This document shows, one piece after another, positions 28,080 to 38,039 of a stretch of DNA of 64,000 bases. The DNA comes from Patescibacteria group bacterium (lineage in GTDB: Bacteria > Patescibacteriota > Saccharimonadia > UBA4664 > SCTI01). The notes beneath the pieces are model-generated. The model was not told the DNA's origin and ran no database searches. It saw only the letters and a program-made list of their open reading frames with translations. Location: contig SCTI01000002.1 in NCBI GenBank assembly GCA_004297735.1, positions 128,160 through 192,159 of the forward strand, read 5' to 3'. The translations under genes and the position numbers were made by a program. Each line of letters opens with the position of its first letter. The stretch's first letter is position 1.

Positions 28080-29789
28080 GTGGCGACAGTAATGACGCTT
28101 AAACCAAAAATTAAACCCATACATCCTCAAAAATTATCACCTATTATCTGGAGTGGCCTGCCTTTGGTGATGGCGGTGGTGTTTGGTTTGGCTTTAAGCC
28201 CTACTAACCCCACCGGTCCAACCGCTCCGATCGCCTCTCAAGCTGGAACGGTCACTCACCCTAGCGACAACTCAGGCGCAACGCCAAAGACGAACGGCGC
28301 CCTGACCTCAAGCACTAATGCAAGCGCCTCGGCGCTAAAGGCAGCTGCGCCTCAACCGGCGTCTAACCTGCCGCTAGCCGCTAAACAACCGGCGCCCCAA
28401 CCCGGCAATAAGGGCTACACCGAGTATCCCTACTCAATGCTTGGAACCACCAACGACACTCTACTGAGCAACCAATGGCACCTTAACACCATTCAGGCCA
28501 CCTCGGCCTGGGATCGCTGGACCGGCTCAAGTTCGGTCACCATTGCAATTATCGATACCGGTTTCGCCCTTAATCATGAGGACTTATCGGCCAAGTGGAA
28601 GCTCAACAGCGCGGAAATGGGCACCACCGCCAGTCAAGGGCCAGCGCCAAACTGCACCAGCCGCGGCTTAAGCTTGGATAAGCGCTGCAACAACGTTGAT
28701 GACGACGGCAACGGCTACACCGATGACTGGCGCGGCTGGGACTTTGTAGCGGGCGATAACGACCCGCAGGCCGGCTCGACCAACTCGGTTGGCGCCGGAG
28801 TTAGCCATGGTAGTTTTGTGGCCGCATTGGCCGCCGCGGCCAGCAACAACGGTCGGGGCGTGGCAGGCGTTGATCGTAGCGCCCAGATTTTGCCGCTCCA
28901 GGCGCTTGACGACAATGGCAACGGATACACCAGCACGGTAGCCGAGGCAATTACTTACGCTGCCGATCAGGGGGCCGACGTCATCAACCTCAGCCTGGGC
29001 AGTGCCTACAGCGACAGCTACCTGCGCAGTCAGATTGATTACGCTCAAAGCCTGGGTGTGGCAGTGGTAGCGGCCGCTGGCAACGATGGCTGCCAAGAGT
29101 GCTTGAGTTACCCCGCGAACTTCCCCGAAGTGATTGCGGTTGGCGCCACCACCTCGAGCGATACCTTGGCCAGTTTTTCGAGCTGGGGTGCCAATCTTGA
29201 TCTGGTCGCCCCTGGCGGGAGTGGCCTGTGCTCGGTGGCCTGGTCAGCCAGCAACCAAACCAGTGGCTATAGCTGTGGCGGTCAGGGAACCTCTTTCTCC
29301 TCTCCGCTAGTGACCGGTACGGTTGGGCTGATTATGGGCAGGCAGCCCGGGATATCGCTTAGCAGCATCCTCACGGCCCTCCAGAATGGCAGCGACAAGG
29401 TCGCGGCCATGAACGGAGTCTTAACCTCTACCCGCTACGGCTACGGCCGCCTGAACGTCTACCGCAGCCTGCAGCAGTTGGCGCAGCCGGTCAGCGTGGG
29501 AGGCCTGGGCGGCAACAAGGACAGCTCAACCCCAATTTCGCTATCAAGCAACCAGGATGTCGTAACCTTATGTCGCGGCACAGTTGGCAACTGCCGCCTG
29601 CGCTTTACCGGCCCACTCGGGCAGGTGGTGCTATCCCCGGCAGCTAACCTCAACTTCTGGGGCGACACCGCCATCCAGTGGCAGCCGGCCGACTTTAGCC
29701 TTACCGCTGGGACCTGGACCATGGAGCCGGCCTGGGCCGACGGAACCGCCAGCGGCTATCCTGGGGCGACCCTGGTTATATCACCTTAA
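28080..29789 (+). CDS. S8 subtilisin-like serine protease
   Basis: IAIIDTG (Asp), HGSFVA (His), AAAGN, GTSFSSP (Ser); N-terminal TM or signal segment. Confidence 0.92.
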   Translation: MATVMTLKPKIKPIHPQKLSPIIWSGLPLVMAVVFGLALSPTNPTGPTAPIASQAGTVTHPSDNSGATPKTNGALTSSTNASASALKAAAPQPASNLPLAAKQPAPQPGNKGYTEYPYSMLGTTNDTLLSNQWHLNTIQATSAWDRWTGSSSVTIAIIDTGFALNHEDLSAKWKLNSAEMGTTASQGPAPNCTSRGLSLDKRCNNVDDDGNGYTDDWRGWDFVAGDNDPQAGSTNSVGAGVSHGSFVAALAAAASNNGRGVAGVDRSAQILPLQALDDNGNGYTSTVAEAITYAADQGADVINLSLGSAYSDSYLRSQIDYAQSLGVAVVAAAGNDGCQECLSYPANFPEVIAVGATTSSDTLASFSSWGANLDLVAPGGSGLCSVAWSASNQTSGYSCGGQGTSFSSPLVTGTVGLIMGRQPGISLSSILTALQNGSDKVAAMNGVLTSTRYGYGRLNVYRSLQQLAQPVSVGGLGGNKDSSTPISLSSNQDVVTLCRGTVGNCRLRFTGPLGQVVLSPAANLNFWGDTAIQWQPADFSLTAGTWTMEPAWADGTASGYPGATLVISP

Positions 29790-29831
29790 ACCACTCTCCC
29801 TCTACCATCCCACTTATGTTAATCTAGGAGC

Positions 29832-31418
29832 ATGAGTGAGAGTACCGGCGCATCGCGCGCCCAAGACGAACAGTTAGCCGCCGCCTTTGCCGCCAAAAGT
29901 GGTATTCCCTACCAAGAAACCACCGACTTAACCGCGGTTATTGATCTGGGTGGTCAGCTGGATCTGGCCACGCTGCAGCAGTATCGCGTGGCACCTCTCC
30001 ATCACTACAACGACCACAGTCTAGAACTGGGTATTACCGACCAGACCGACCGCAGCCGCCTCCCAGAGCTGCAAAACAAACTGCCTCACGTCCAGATGAC
30101 CTTTAAAACCATCTCGCACAGCGGCTACAACTACATTCTCAACCACACCTACTACCTGCTGTTCGAAAAGGAGCGCAATGGCGACTTTAAGGCCTTTGGC
30201 AAGCGCCTGGCCGCCGCCGCGCCCAAGCAAGCATTTTCGCTGATTGCCCAGATGGCCTACTGGCTGGATGCATCCGATATTCACATTGAGCCGCAAGCTA
30301 ACCAAACCCGAATTCGATTCCGGTTGGATGGCATTCTCCATCCGATTACCGACGTCGACACCAAAGCCTATGAGATTTTTTTGAGCGACTTACAGACTCG
30401 AGCCGAGATAACCTGGGGCTCGGATGAGCCTCAAAGCGGTCGAATCAGTCTGCGCTTAATGGATAACCAGGCCCTCTACTCCGACGTCAACATGCGAATT
30501 GAAACGGTTCCCACCTTCCATGGCGAGGAAATTGTGGTGCGCATCTTTAACGACCAAACCCGCGATCTAACGCTCGAGCATCTGGGCTTTAGTGATGAGC
30601 AGCTGCGCAAACTGTATGCGGTCACCGAACATCCCAGCGGCATGGTATTAACGGTTGGACCGACCGGATCAGGTAAGACCTCCACCCTTTACGCCATCAT
30701 CAATCACCTCAATAACCCTGAGGTTAAGATAATCACGCTTGAGGATCCGGTTGAGTACGACCTGCCTGGAATCAGCCAGATTCAGGTGAACACCGACGAC
30801 AAGGAGTCGTTTGCCGGAAAACTACGCGCCGTAATGCGTGAGGATCCCAATGTAGTAATGATCGGTGAAATCCGTGACATCGACACCGCTAAAACCGCCC
30901 TACAAGCGGCCTTAACCGGTCACTTGGTACTGTCGACCTTCCATGCCACCAACGCGTCGGCGGCAATCAGCCGTATGCTCGACATGATTGGCCAGAATCC
31001 GCTGTTTGCTAGTGCTATTCGAATGATTATTGCCCAGAGATTGGCGCGCCGTATCTGTCCTCACTGTGTTGTAGAAGCTACAGCGACTAAAGAACAGCTA
31101 GACTTCTTAACCAAATCGGTTGAACAAATTAGCCCTGAACGTCGTCCAAAACTGCCTAAGACCCTCAAGCTCAAGCACGGCAAGGGCTGCCCCGAGTGTC
31201 ACGGTATCGGCTATAAGGGCCGAGTCGCGGTTGTTGAGATGATGTCGATCACCCCCGAAATTGAAAAGCTGATGATGCAACCTAAAACCACTACAGCGCA
31301 GGATATTGAAGCGGTAGCGGTACGGAGCGGCATGGCCACCCTACTAGAGGATGGTGTAACCAAGGCCCTAGCCGGCGAAACCACGGTTGAGGAGATTGTG
31401 CGGTTAAGCGAGGCTTAG
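29832..31418 (+). CDS. GspE/PilB-family pilus assembly ATPase
   Basis: ASDIHIEP, RFRLDG, GPTGSGKTSTLY, TLEDPVEY, REDPNVVMIGEIRD, TGHLVLSTFH, tetracysteine motif. Confidence 0.92.
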   Translation: MSESTGASRAQDEQLAAAFAAKSGIPYQETTDLTAVIDLGGQLDLATLQQYRVAPLHHYNDHSLELGITDQTDRSRLPELQNKLPHVQMTFKTISHSGYNYILNHTYYLLFEKERNGDFKAFGKRLAAAAPKQAFSLIAQMAYWLDASDIHIEPQANQTRIRFRLDGILHPITDVDTKAYEIFLSDLQTRAEITWGSDEPQSGRISLRLMDNQALYSDVNMRIETVPTFHGEEIVVRIFNDQTRDLTLEHLGFSDEQLRKLYAVTEHPSGMVLTVGPTGSGKTSTLYAIINHLNNPEVKIITLEDPVEYDLPGISQIQVNTDDKESFAGKLRAVMREDPNVVMIGEIRDIDTAKTALQAALTGHLVLSTFHATNASAAISRMLDMIGQNPLFASAIRMIIAQRLARRICPHCVVEATATKEQLDFLTKSVEQISPERRPKLPKTLKLKHGKGCPECHGIGYKGRVAVVEMMSITPEIEKLMMQPKTTTAQDIEAVAVRSGMATLLEDGVTKALAGETTVEEIVRLSEA

Positions 31419-31735
31419 CTAGCCAAGTATCTGGCTGAGTTATAGATGTACCGTAAGATTTTAATCTCCTGATTAAGTCGGTGCCTGCCAGATTCGGTGA
31501 TGGTGAAATATCTTCCCTCTGACTTAATATAATCCTGCTGCTTAAGACGATTTATGATGTACCAGGTGTGAGAGCCGACTAGGTGGATTGATCCGCCAGA
31601 GTAGTCCTCGATTAATCCTATTAGACTATAGGAGTTAATTACATGTTTATTTGAAAGTGCCAACGTCATTAAGGTGTTTGGCGTCATCGGACTAAACTGC
31701 TTGCGCCGGTTTTGATAGTGATTTAATCGAGTCAT
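31415..31735 (-). CDS. Small PadR-like winged-helix protein
   Basis: WYIINRLKQQDYI...YFTITESGRHRL resembles the PadR wing; low GC. Confidence 0.55.
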   Translation of the reverse strand: MTRLNHYQNRRKQFSPMTPNTLMTLALSNKHVINSYSLIGLIEDYSGGSIHLVGSHTWYIINRLKQQDYIKSEGRYFTITESGRHRLNQEIKILRYIYNSARYLAS

Positions 31736-31779
31736 TTTCCCCTTACCCTTCCCGATCCTGCGTTATATCTTGGCTGAGC

Positions 31780-31829
31780 AAAACACTCTAATTTAGGTAG
31801 TAAATTTTTTTACCCCCTAAATTAGAGTT
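31780..31829. repeat. AT-rich palindrome, copy 1
   Basis: ACTCTAATTTAGG...CCTAAATTAGAGT; near-identical to 46809-46863. Confidence 0.8.
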
Positions 31830-31962
31830 AATCTTGCACTAAAAGGATCAGCCTACTTATGCTAGCAACTTAAGATTAATAAATTCTGAGCCAATATAAC
31901 TACGCCAATAAATAAGTCCGTTGCGCGGCCCGAGGAGTATTTACCTCGAGCCGCCGTTTCGT

Positions 31963-32307
31963 CTATACGCGTGTGAGCGGCTTTCGCCTGGATTCTGGCC
32001 CGCCTTGGGGTGAGGGCGCTTGATCGCGCGGATCGGAGTCGTCACCACCATCGTTGCCTGGAACCCAGGTGCCATGGCACCTGGGGCAGCTGTGCAAGTC
32101 AAAGCCATGTGCGTCAGGCCTCATTCTGGTGCCGCAGTCCAGGCAGAGCTTGCGACCCAAAAGAAGTGAGAAGACGTAAAAAGACCCCATGACGGTCAGG
32201 AAGACCAGGCCGGCGATGGTTAAAACCACCATATACACCAGGATCGACTCACCCCACTGGTTAAGCAGGCTGGTCAGATCGAAGTCGTAGCTTTCCTCCC
32301 TAGGCAT
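31963..32307 (-). CDS. Membrane protein with zinc ribbon (CxxC...CxxC)
   Basis: TM helix followed by CLDCGTRM...CPRCHGTW. Confidence 0.65.
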   Translation of the reverse strand: MPREESYDFDLTSLLNQWGESILVYMVVLTIAGLVFLTVMGSFYVFSLLLGRKLCLDCGTRMRPDAHGFDLHSCPRCHGTWVPGNDGGDDSDPRDQAPSPQGGPESRRKPLTRV

Positions 32308-32587
32308 GATGCTGATTCCGCCGAAACGGGATGACGCTGAACAAACCGAGAAAGACCACGGTCACTGCCACGGCCGTCATCATGAAGGCCGCCTCGTGAG
32401 TCGCGATCTGGGTGTAGACCCAGTGCAGCACATCGGCCACGTTGTACCACAGCTGATGCAGCCAGTCGTCACCCGGAGGCTGGGCCAGCGGATCGGGCTG
32501 TGCGCCGATGCTGTCGCCATTGCTGGCAATTGAGCTTTCGTCGCTGTAACTCTCAAAACCTGTAGCTACAATGAACATCTCACTCAC
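32300..32587 (-). CDS. Hypothetical membrane protein
   Basis: AGGAG SD, C-terminal TM, overlaps the next ORF. Confidence 0.55.
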   Translation of the reverse strand: MSEMFIVATGFESYSDESSIASNGDSIGAQPDPLAQPPGDDWLHQLWYNVADVLHWVYTQIATHEAAFMMTAVAVTVVFLGLFSVIPFRRNQHHA

Positions 32588-32661
32588 TCCTCGTGAAACG
32601 CTTGTAAACAGAAACGACCCATCAAGGTCGCATTAGTTATAACATAATAGTTATTATAAAT

Positions 32662-33840
32662 CTACCTAGGTTGAGCTTTTTGGTAATGACTGGTCATAAT
32701 CGCTGGGCTAATCAAAATCCCGATCGCACCCAGTACAAACGCCAATATGAGCACTGCCTGAGTAGGCAGTATAAAAGTAGCTGCAAAAAGCGTGCTAAAC
32801 AAAAACAACGAGCCCAGATCGTTCATCGCGTTAAACGCCGCCACAAAGCTCACCGTGTTGTTTGAGCGGGCGTGGCGGTACAGCGTTGCCTGAAATGGAA
32901 TCATGTTAAAGGTATTAACAACCCCATCAACCAGGTTAATCGCGGTGGCACTAATTGAATCGGCTGCCCCAATTCTGCCCAAGTGCATTACCGAGGTGCC
33001 GACCGAGCCACTCCAGATTGTAGCCCGCGGGTGTCGCTGCGACAGCTTTGATGCAACCTGATTGGCGATCACAATTGCCAAAAAAGATACCGTAGTAATA
33101 AAACCAACCTTGGCGTAGCCACCGACAAACAAAAATATGGCAAACGGCCAAACAATCTTAGCCACCCGAGCATCGATCGCCCGACCAAAGCTGCCTACCG
33201 CATCGCGTGCCATCTGCTTCCAGGGTAGGTCGAGCATCGAAAAGCGCTGGCGCGTAAATGGCTCACTGCTAAATGACAGTGGAATTAAGCTCGCCGATAC
33301 CAGAACAATTGCCAGCAGCAGCGACACTTGCAAACCAAACAGACTAGCAATAATGCCGCCAATAAGAGGCCCTAGTGTTGTAACGGTTACAATAAGTTGA
33401 GATATGATACTAACCTGGGAGCTAACCTTTTTCTCCTCATATGACCGAGCAAAGTAGGTCATAAAGGCTAAAAAGTGGAACACGTTTAGAACCGCGTCAG
33501 CTGCTGGAATCAACCAAAATACCTGGGCGTTACCAGCCAGCATGGTTAGTAAAACCAGCGTCACAATTGTGGCCACCACAGCAATCACAAAGCCATGCTT
33601 GGGGCCATATCGCGCAATGTAGCGCCCAGCTATTGGCTGCAACATAATGCGAATTACAAAATCAACCACAAAGAGTAACAAGATTGTTCGGATGCTGTAA
33701 CCCAGATTGTACAGATAGATCGGCACGAAGATACTAACCAAGCTGAGGCCTAGCCCGTTGATTCCAACTGACCAATAAATCTCCCTTACCGGCCGCAGTT
33801 GGTGATGGTGCCGGATGTGCTGATCGACGATTGAATGCAT
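32662..33840 (-). CDS. MFS-type transporter
   Basis: About 12 TM helices, GRYIARYGPK loop motif, LGPLIGG. Confidence 0.85.
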   Translation of the reverse strand: MHSIVDQHIRHHHQLRPVREIYWSVGINGLGLSLVSIFVPIYLYNLGYSIRTILLLFVVDFVIRIMLQPIAGRYIARYGPKHGFVIAVVATIVTLVLLTMLAGNAQVFWLIPAADAVLNVFHFLAFMTYFARSYEEKKVSSQVSIISQLIVTVTTLGPLIGGIIASLFGLQVSLLLAIVLVSASLIPLSFSSEPFTRQRFSMLDLPWKQMARDAVGSFGRAIDARVAKIVWPFAIFLFVGGYAKVGFITTVSFLAIVIANQVASKLSQRHPRATIWSGSVGTSVMHLGRIGAADSISATAINLVDGVVNTFNMIPFQATLYRHARSNNTVSFVAAFNAMNDLGSLFLFSTLFAATFILPTQAVLILAFVLGAIGILISPAIMTSHYQKAQPR

Positions 33841-33964
33841 TACTCTTATGGTAACAGATTAGAAGGCCACATTGACAGTAGCTCACGGGGTCATTTCGCT
33901 TTTATAAGTCCATGCTGCGGCCCGGTGGCATGAATCCACCAGGCCGCCCCTCTCTTCCTCTCCG

Positions 33965-34588
33965 CTAGATAAACCGCACCCCATAGCCGCAAAAGACGAC
34001 CGGGTACCGGTTGATCTTGACTAGATCTCCCTGCAGAGAGCTCAGCAGCTTTACCGCCAGTCCTGTGGCAAACTCTTGGCGCAGCCAGATATCAGGTAGC
34101 ACCATCGCAACTTCTCCGTTATTAAAGAAGTAGTCGTTGTACTGCTGAACACCCGGGCAGACCTGAACGTTCAGAACCTGCTGCAGTCGGTCGAGAACAT
34201 TCCCCCAGTCGGCCCCCAGTACTGATGGCTCATCCCAAGCCTGAAGCCTCTGCATCGCTAGCGACTGGAACTGGGTCAGAAAGCGACCGACAAGAGCGCC
34301 CTCAAGGCTCTCGATATAGGCCAGATAGCGGTCAACCTGTTCACGGTCGGCCAGATCGCTTGGAGGCTGGTGGTACCGATAGTGCGGATGAAAGTTCAAC
34401 ACCAGCCAGGTCCCCCGCTGAACATTGACCCCAACGTGAGGCTGTGGATCGAAAGCGGGCGCGTCCTTCTGCAGAATCATTTCCAGCCTTGGCTGGCGCA
34501 GCCATGCAGTCAGCTCGGTTCGAGACTGGTCGATACGCTCTTGAGCAATCACCGTGAGCTCACTTTCGTTCGAAGATGTAAGGGCCAA
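33965..34588 (-). CDS. Hypothetical protein (ORFan cassette)
   Basis: GGAGG SD before TTG; 207 aa; GC hairpin downstream. Confidence 0.65.
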   Translation of the reverse strand: MALTSSNESELTVIAQERIDQSRTELTAWLRQPRLEMILQKDAPAFDPQPHVGVNVQRGTWLVLNFHPHYRYHQPPSDLADREQVDRYLAYIESLEGALVGRFLTQFQSLAMQRLQAWDEPSVLGADWGNVLDRLQQVLNVQVCPGVQQYNDYFFNNGEVAMVLPDIWLRQEFATGLAVKLLSSLQGDLVKINRYPVVFCGYGVRFI

Positions 34589-34730
34589 CCTCCGCCCTGG
34601 TTCAGGTTAGTTGTATCACACCTGCTTGATCGAGTCGAACTTTGTGATTGAAAAATAAGGCTATTCTTGCTAACCTAAACAGTACAAATGGGTTTCGACC
34701 TCACCCCTGCTCCGGCAGGGGTAAAATATT

Positions 34731-35117
34731 TTACAGGCCAATTATTTTAGATAAACCCGAGCGTACTCTACTTATGTCATTTACAGAAACAGATCCAAGC
34801 TTACTTAATAACCGGCTTGAGTCATAGCTTCGCATCTGCGACATAAGCGCACTTACTTCCTCCCCCGCCAAAGTAATTCCTGAGTAGTATTTGCCCTCTT
34901 TTAATTTTGTAGAAAGTGGAACTCCGTAGAATAAAGATTTATTAAACTTTCTCAGCACTAATACTGGGCGCGCAAAATTCCGCCCCTTACCGTCTTCTTC
35001 ATCCCCAACATTGAGACCTATGGCCACCCACCACACCTCTCGCTCGTAAAAATAGAGTTGTTGAGTTTTTTGTTGTAACTGATGCTTTTTTATGTGCCAA
35101 TGCCGGTAATCTTTCAT
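34731..35117 (-). CDS. PemK/MazF-family toxin-like protein
   Basis: EREVWWVAIGLNVGDEEDGKG...RPVLVLRKF...GVPLST...SQMRSYDSSRL; leaderless ATG 35117. Confidence 0.85.
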   Translation of the reverse strand: MKDYRHWHIKKHQLQQKTQQLYFYEREVWWVAIGLNVGDEEDGKGRNFARPVLVLRKFNKSLFYGVPLSTKLKEGKYYSGITLAGEEVSALMSQMRSYDSSRLLSKLGSVSVNDISRVRSGLSKIIGL

Positions 35118-35168
35118 GCTCGTGAGCATAGCAAACAAACATTAACGTTTCATAAACTCTATAAGTCC

Positions 35169-35546
35169 TGGTGGAGCTGCGGGGAATCGCACCCCGGTCC
35201 GAAAGCTCAAACACTACTCCTCTACACGTTTAGACCGCTTTAAAAGCTTGGGTGATGGTCTTAAAACGGACCAAACAACCATCACGGCAGCCAAGTATCT
35301 TAGCGTTTAGCGTTAGGCACCACTAAACGAGCGGCCAGAAAAGTTGACACCGGTAGAATCCCTATCTGGCGTCGAGTACCGATGGCGTTACGTGGTTAGG
35401 CGTAAGCTGGTGCGAGGGTCGGAACGCTAAAAGCGCTCTTTACTCGCGAAACAAGGCTGTTGAGACTTGTTGTTGATGGATTTAACGCATGCCTGCGACG
35501 TGCCAAGTAGTGTGTGAAGGTTCTTTCGTCGAAGCTGATCAGCCCC
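35169..35546 (-). ncRNA. ssrA: tmRNA
   Basis: 5' GGGGCTGATCAGCTTCGAC, 3' CGGGG-TGCGATT-CCCCG-CAGCTCCACCA; internal tag frame ending LAPAYA-stop. Confidence 0.95.
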
Positions 35547-35672
35547 AGGCCCCCTATTATACCAAAATCTCACAGTATTTAGGAGGGTTCATTAGTGGAT
35601 GATTCGTGGGTACGCTCAATGCTAAGCCCTAGTTCAGCCAGTAGCATTAAAAGCATTAAGGGAGGACATTGT

Positions 35673-35903
35673 ATGGCAGAGCAAGACCAACCTAAAATCG
35701 ACCGCACACCGGAGCAGGACGAGATCCCGGGACAAGACCAAAAAAATCGGACGTGGAGCGAAATACCGGAGCCAGCCGGTGACGCACCACCAGGCGGGCA
35801 AAGCTTTGGTGAGCGCCTGGGCGATAACGCTCCAACCGAGGAGAATCTGGCTGAGGCAATGGCAGCCGATCAAGACCCAGAAGATGAGGAGCTTACGGCC
35901 TAG
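35673..35903 (+). CDS. Small acidic hypothetical protein
   Basis: GGGAGG SD before ATG 35673; 76 aa. Confidence 0.65.
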   Translation: MAEQDQPKIDRTPEQDEIPGQDQKNRTWSEIPEPAGDAPPGGQSFGERLGDNAPTEENLAEAMAADQDPEDEELTA

Positions 35904-35952
35904 AGCGCCAAACCAACTTGTTAAATCTGAGTCGCTATAACCAACTGGAGTC

Positions 35953-37257
35953 TTAAACGGCTCCAGTTTTGTTTTGCGGCTTGGATCGCTTAAGTCGTAT
36001 TGCCGCCAACCAGCTACTAATCAGCATGGCGATGGCGTAGGCAAACAAGATAACCCCCATGATGGTAATGACCTTGGTTACCGAAATCAGGTCGGCCAAA
36101 ATTCCGGTTACAAACACCGGTATGGTACTGGAAATGTTAATTAGCATCTGCAGCGAGCTAAACACCTTGCCGCGGTTATGATCATCGGTGGTTTCCTGCA
36201 GTAAGGTTTGAGCGGTGGCATTAATGATTGAGTTCATCGCCCCTAGCACCAACATGATTCCGCCCACAATTAACCCGATGTTAACCAAATCAACCAACGG
36301 CTCACCGTGGTAGGTGCGATACAGCTGACCGCTCAAGCCCAGCAGGGTTAATACCAGTCCGGACATGAACAAGCTGGCTTCGATAATCTGGCGGCGGCCG
36401 GCTACTTTATTCAAGAAACCTAAGCAAATCACACCCACCAACATACCAACTCCAACCGGAATGATGATAAAGTGGCTGGCTTGCTGCAGCGGAACCTTAA
36501 ACAGTGCCAACGACAGCGCCGGCGCCAAGGTAATCAACACAAACACAATCCCCTGCGTAATTGCCATCTGCGACAGGGCAAATGATCGGTCGGGGTGAGC
36601 GCGAATAATCTGCCAGTTTTCCTTGAGCTGGCGGAACAGGTGGAGACGTGGTAGTTTTGTTGTTTTTTTATCAACTTTATACCTGGGGAGCCAGGCGGTA
36701 AGCAAAGTCGCCAAGCCGAACATGATGGCGGTAACGTAGTAAGCTCCGTGGTCGCCAAAGGCAGCCACAGCCGGACCTGAAGCGGAGTAACCCACCATAA
36801 ACGAGCCATACAGGCTGAACACAAAAAGTGAGTTGGCGGCGAGCAGGTTTTGCTTTGGCACGGTTCTAGGTATGGTAGCAGCTTCGGCTGGCATAAAGAA
36901 CTGCCCCACCACCGCAATCACAAAGGTTAACACGAGGATCCAGATCAGATTATTGGCGGCCGGGATGTAAAGCAGCACCAAAACGGTGCGCAGCGCGTTG
37001 GTTGCCACCAGCACCTTCTTGCGGTCCCAGTAGTCAACGTAAGCCCCAGCGACCGGAGCCGATAGAATCGCCGGTACCGCAAACGACAGCACCAGCAGAC
37101 TCACCGACAGGTTAGCAAAACGGGTTTGCTGGGTCAGATTGTAGACCAAAATAATAAGAGCAAAGTTAAGTAGATTGGCCGCTACCTGAGACAGGATTTG
37201 GGCCAACCACAACTTGGTAAAGTTGCGATGACGAATGGTCTGTATATACTCCACCAA
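35953..37257 (-). CDS. MFS transporter (macrolide efflux-like family)
   Basis: FTKLWLAQILSQ, AGAYVDYWDRKKVL, QTLLQE...RGKVFS. Confidence 0.9.
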   Translation of the reverse strand: MVEYIQTIRHRNFTKLWLAQILSQVAANLLNFALIILVYNLTQQTRFANLSVSLLVLSFAVPAILSAPVAGAYVDYWDRKKVLVATNALRTVLVLLYIPAANNLIWILVLTFVIAVVGQFFMPAEAATIPRTVPKQNLLAANSLFVFSLYGSFMVGYSASGPAVAAFGDHGAYYVTAIMFGLATLLTAWLPRYKVDKKTTKLPRLHLFRQLKENWQIIRAHPDRSFALSQMAITQGIVFVLITLAPALSLALFKVPLQQASHFIIIPVGVGMLVGVICLGFLNKVAGRRQIIEASLFMSGLVLTLLGLSGQLYRTYHGEPLVDLVNIGLIVGGIMLVLGAMNSIINATAQTLLQETTDDHNRGKVFSSLQMLINISSTIPVFVTGILADLISVTKVITIMGVILFAYAIAMLISSWLAAIRLKRSKPQNKTGAV

Positions 37258-37278
37258 ACTATTATAGCTTAATTAGCA

Positions 37279-37983
37279 CTAGCGAAACTGCTTGAAGTTG
37301 GTAGACCCGGGTCGGCCACTGGCCAGGCGCAAAAAGTTCTTGATGTGATACCAGGTAAACCCAAGAATACCCTGCCCCTTTACCCGCCGCGCCGAGGTAT
37401 AAACCTTAACCGCTGGGTCATAAACGATTCGCCCCTGTCGCTGCAAGCGATAACCCAGCTCAACATCCTCGCCAGTTATTAACTTTCGATTAAATCCTCC
37501 GGTCTTACGGTAAGCGCTAGCACGACAAGCAAAGTTCATGCCATTTAAATTCGGGCGTCGAATCAGTAGCGAAAAGCGTAAAAACAGGGAAAACAAGCTG
37601 CGCGAAGCTAAGCGAGCGATCCAAGGACCATCGCTCAGGTAAACCGGTCCGAACACTGCCGCCACCGCTGGGTCGGCAAAAACCCGCTGCACCGCTTCGA
37701 TATAGGTTGGAGGCAAGACGCTATCGGCATCGGTGGAGACAATAATATCCCCCTTGGCTACCTCAAAGCCCTGATCCCGCGCGGTCGCCACTCCCTGCCC
37801 CTGAGCCACCTTGGTGTAGCCATAGCTCATAATCAGTTGGGGCGTGGTGTCGGTGCTCTTGTCGACCGCGATAACCTCTAGCGGCGGCGCCGTTTGAGCA
37901 TCAATCGAGGCCGCCAAATCAGGCAGATATTTCTCTTCGTTTAAGGTTGGAACCACAATCGATACGGTTGGGGCGGTTTTCAA
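37279..37983 (-). CDS. Glycosyltransferase family 2
   Basis: VSIVVPTLNEE, TDADS, GEDVEL, TSARR. Confidence 0.92.
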   Translation of the reverse strand: MKTAPTVSIVVPTLNEEKYLPDLAASIDAQTAPPLEVIAVDKSTDTTPQLIMSYGYTKVAQGQGVATARDQGFEVAKGDIIVSTDADSVLPPTYIEAVQRVFADPAVAAVFGPVYLSDGPWIARLASRSLFSLFLRFSLLIRRPNLNGMNFACRASAYRKTGGFNRKLITGEDVELGYRLQRQGRIVYDPAVKVYTSARRVKGQGILGFTWYHIKNFLRLASGRPGSTNFKQFR

Positions 37984-38039
37984 GACGGGTCTCCGGAGCT
38001 ACAATACTGGTAGTATATCAACAGATACCCCGCAATTCT

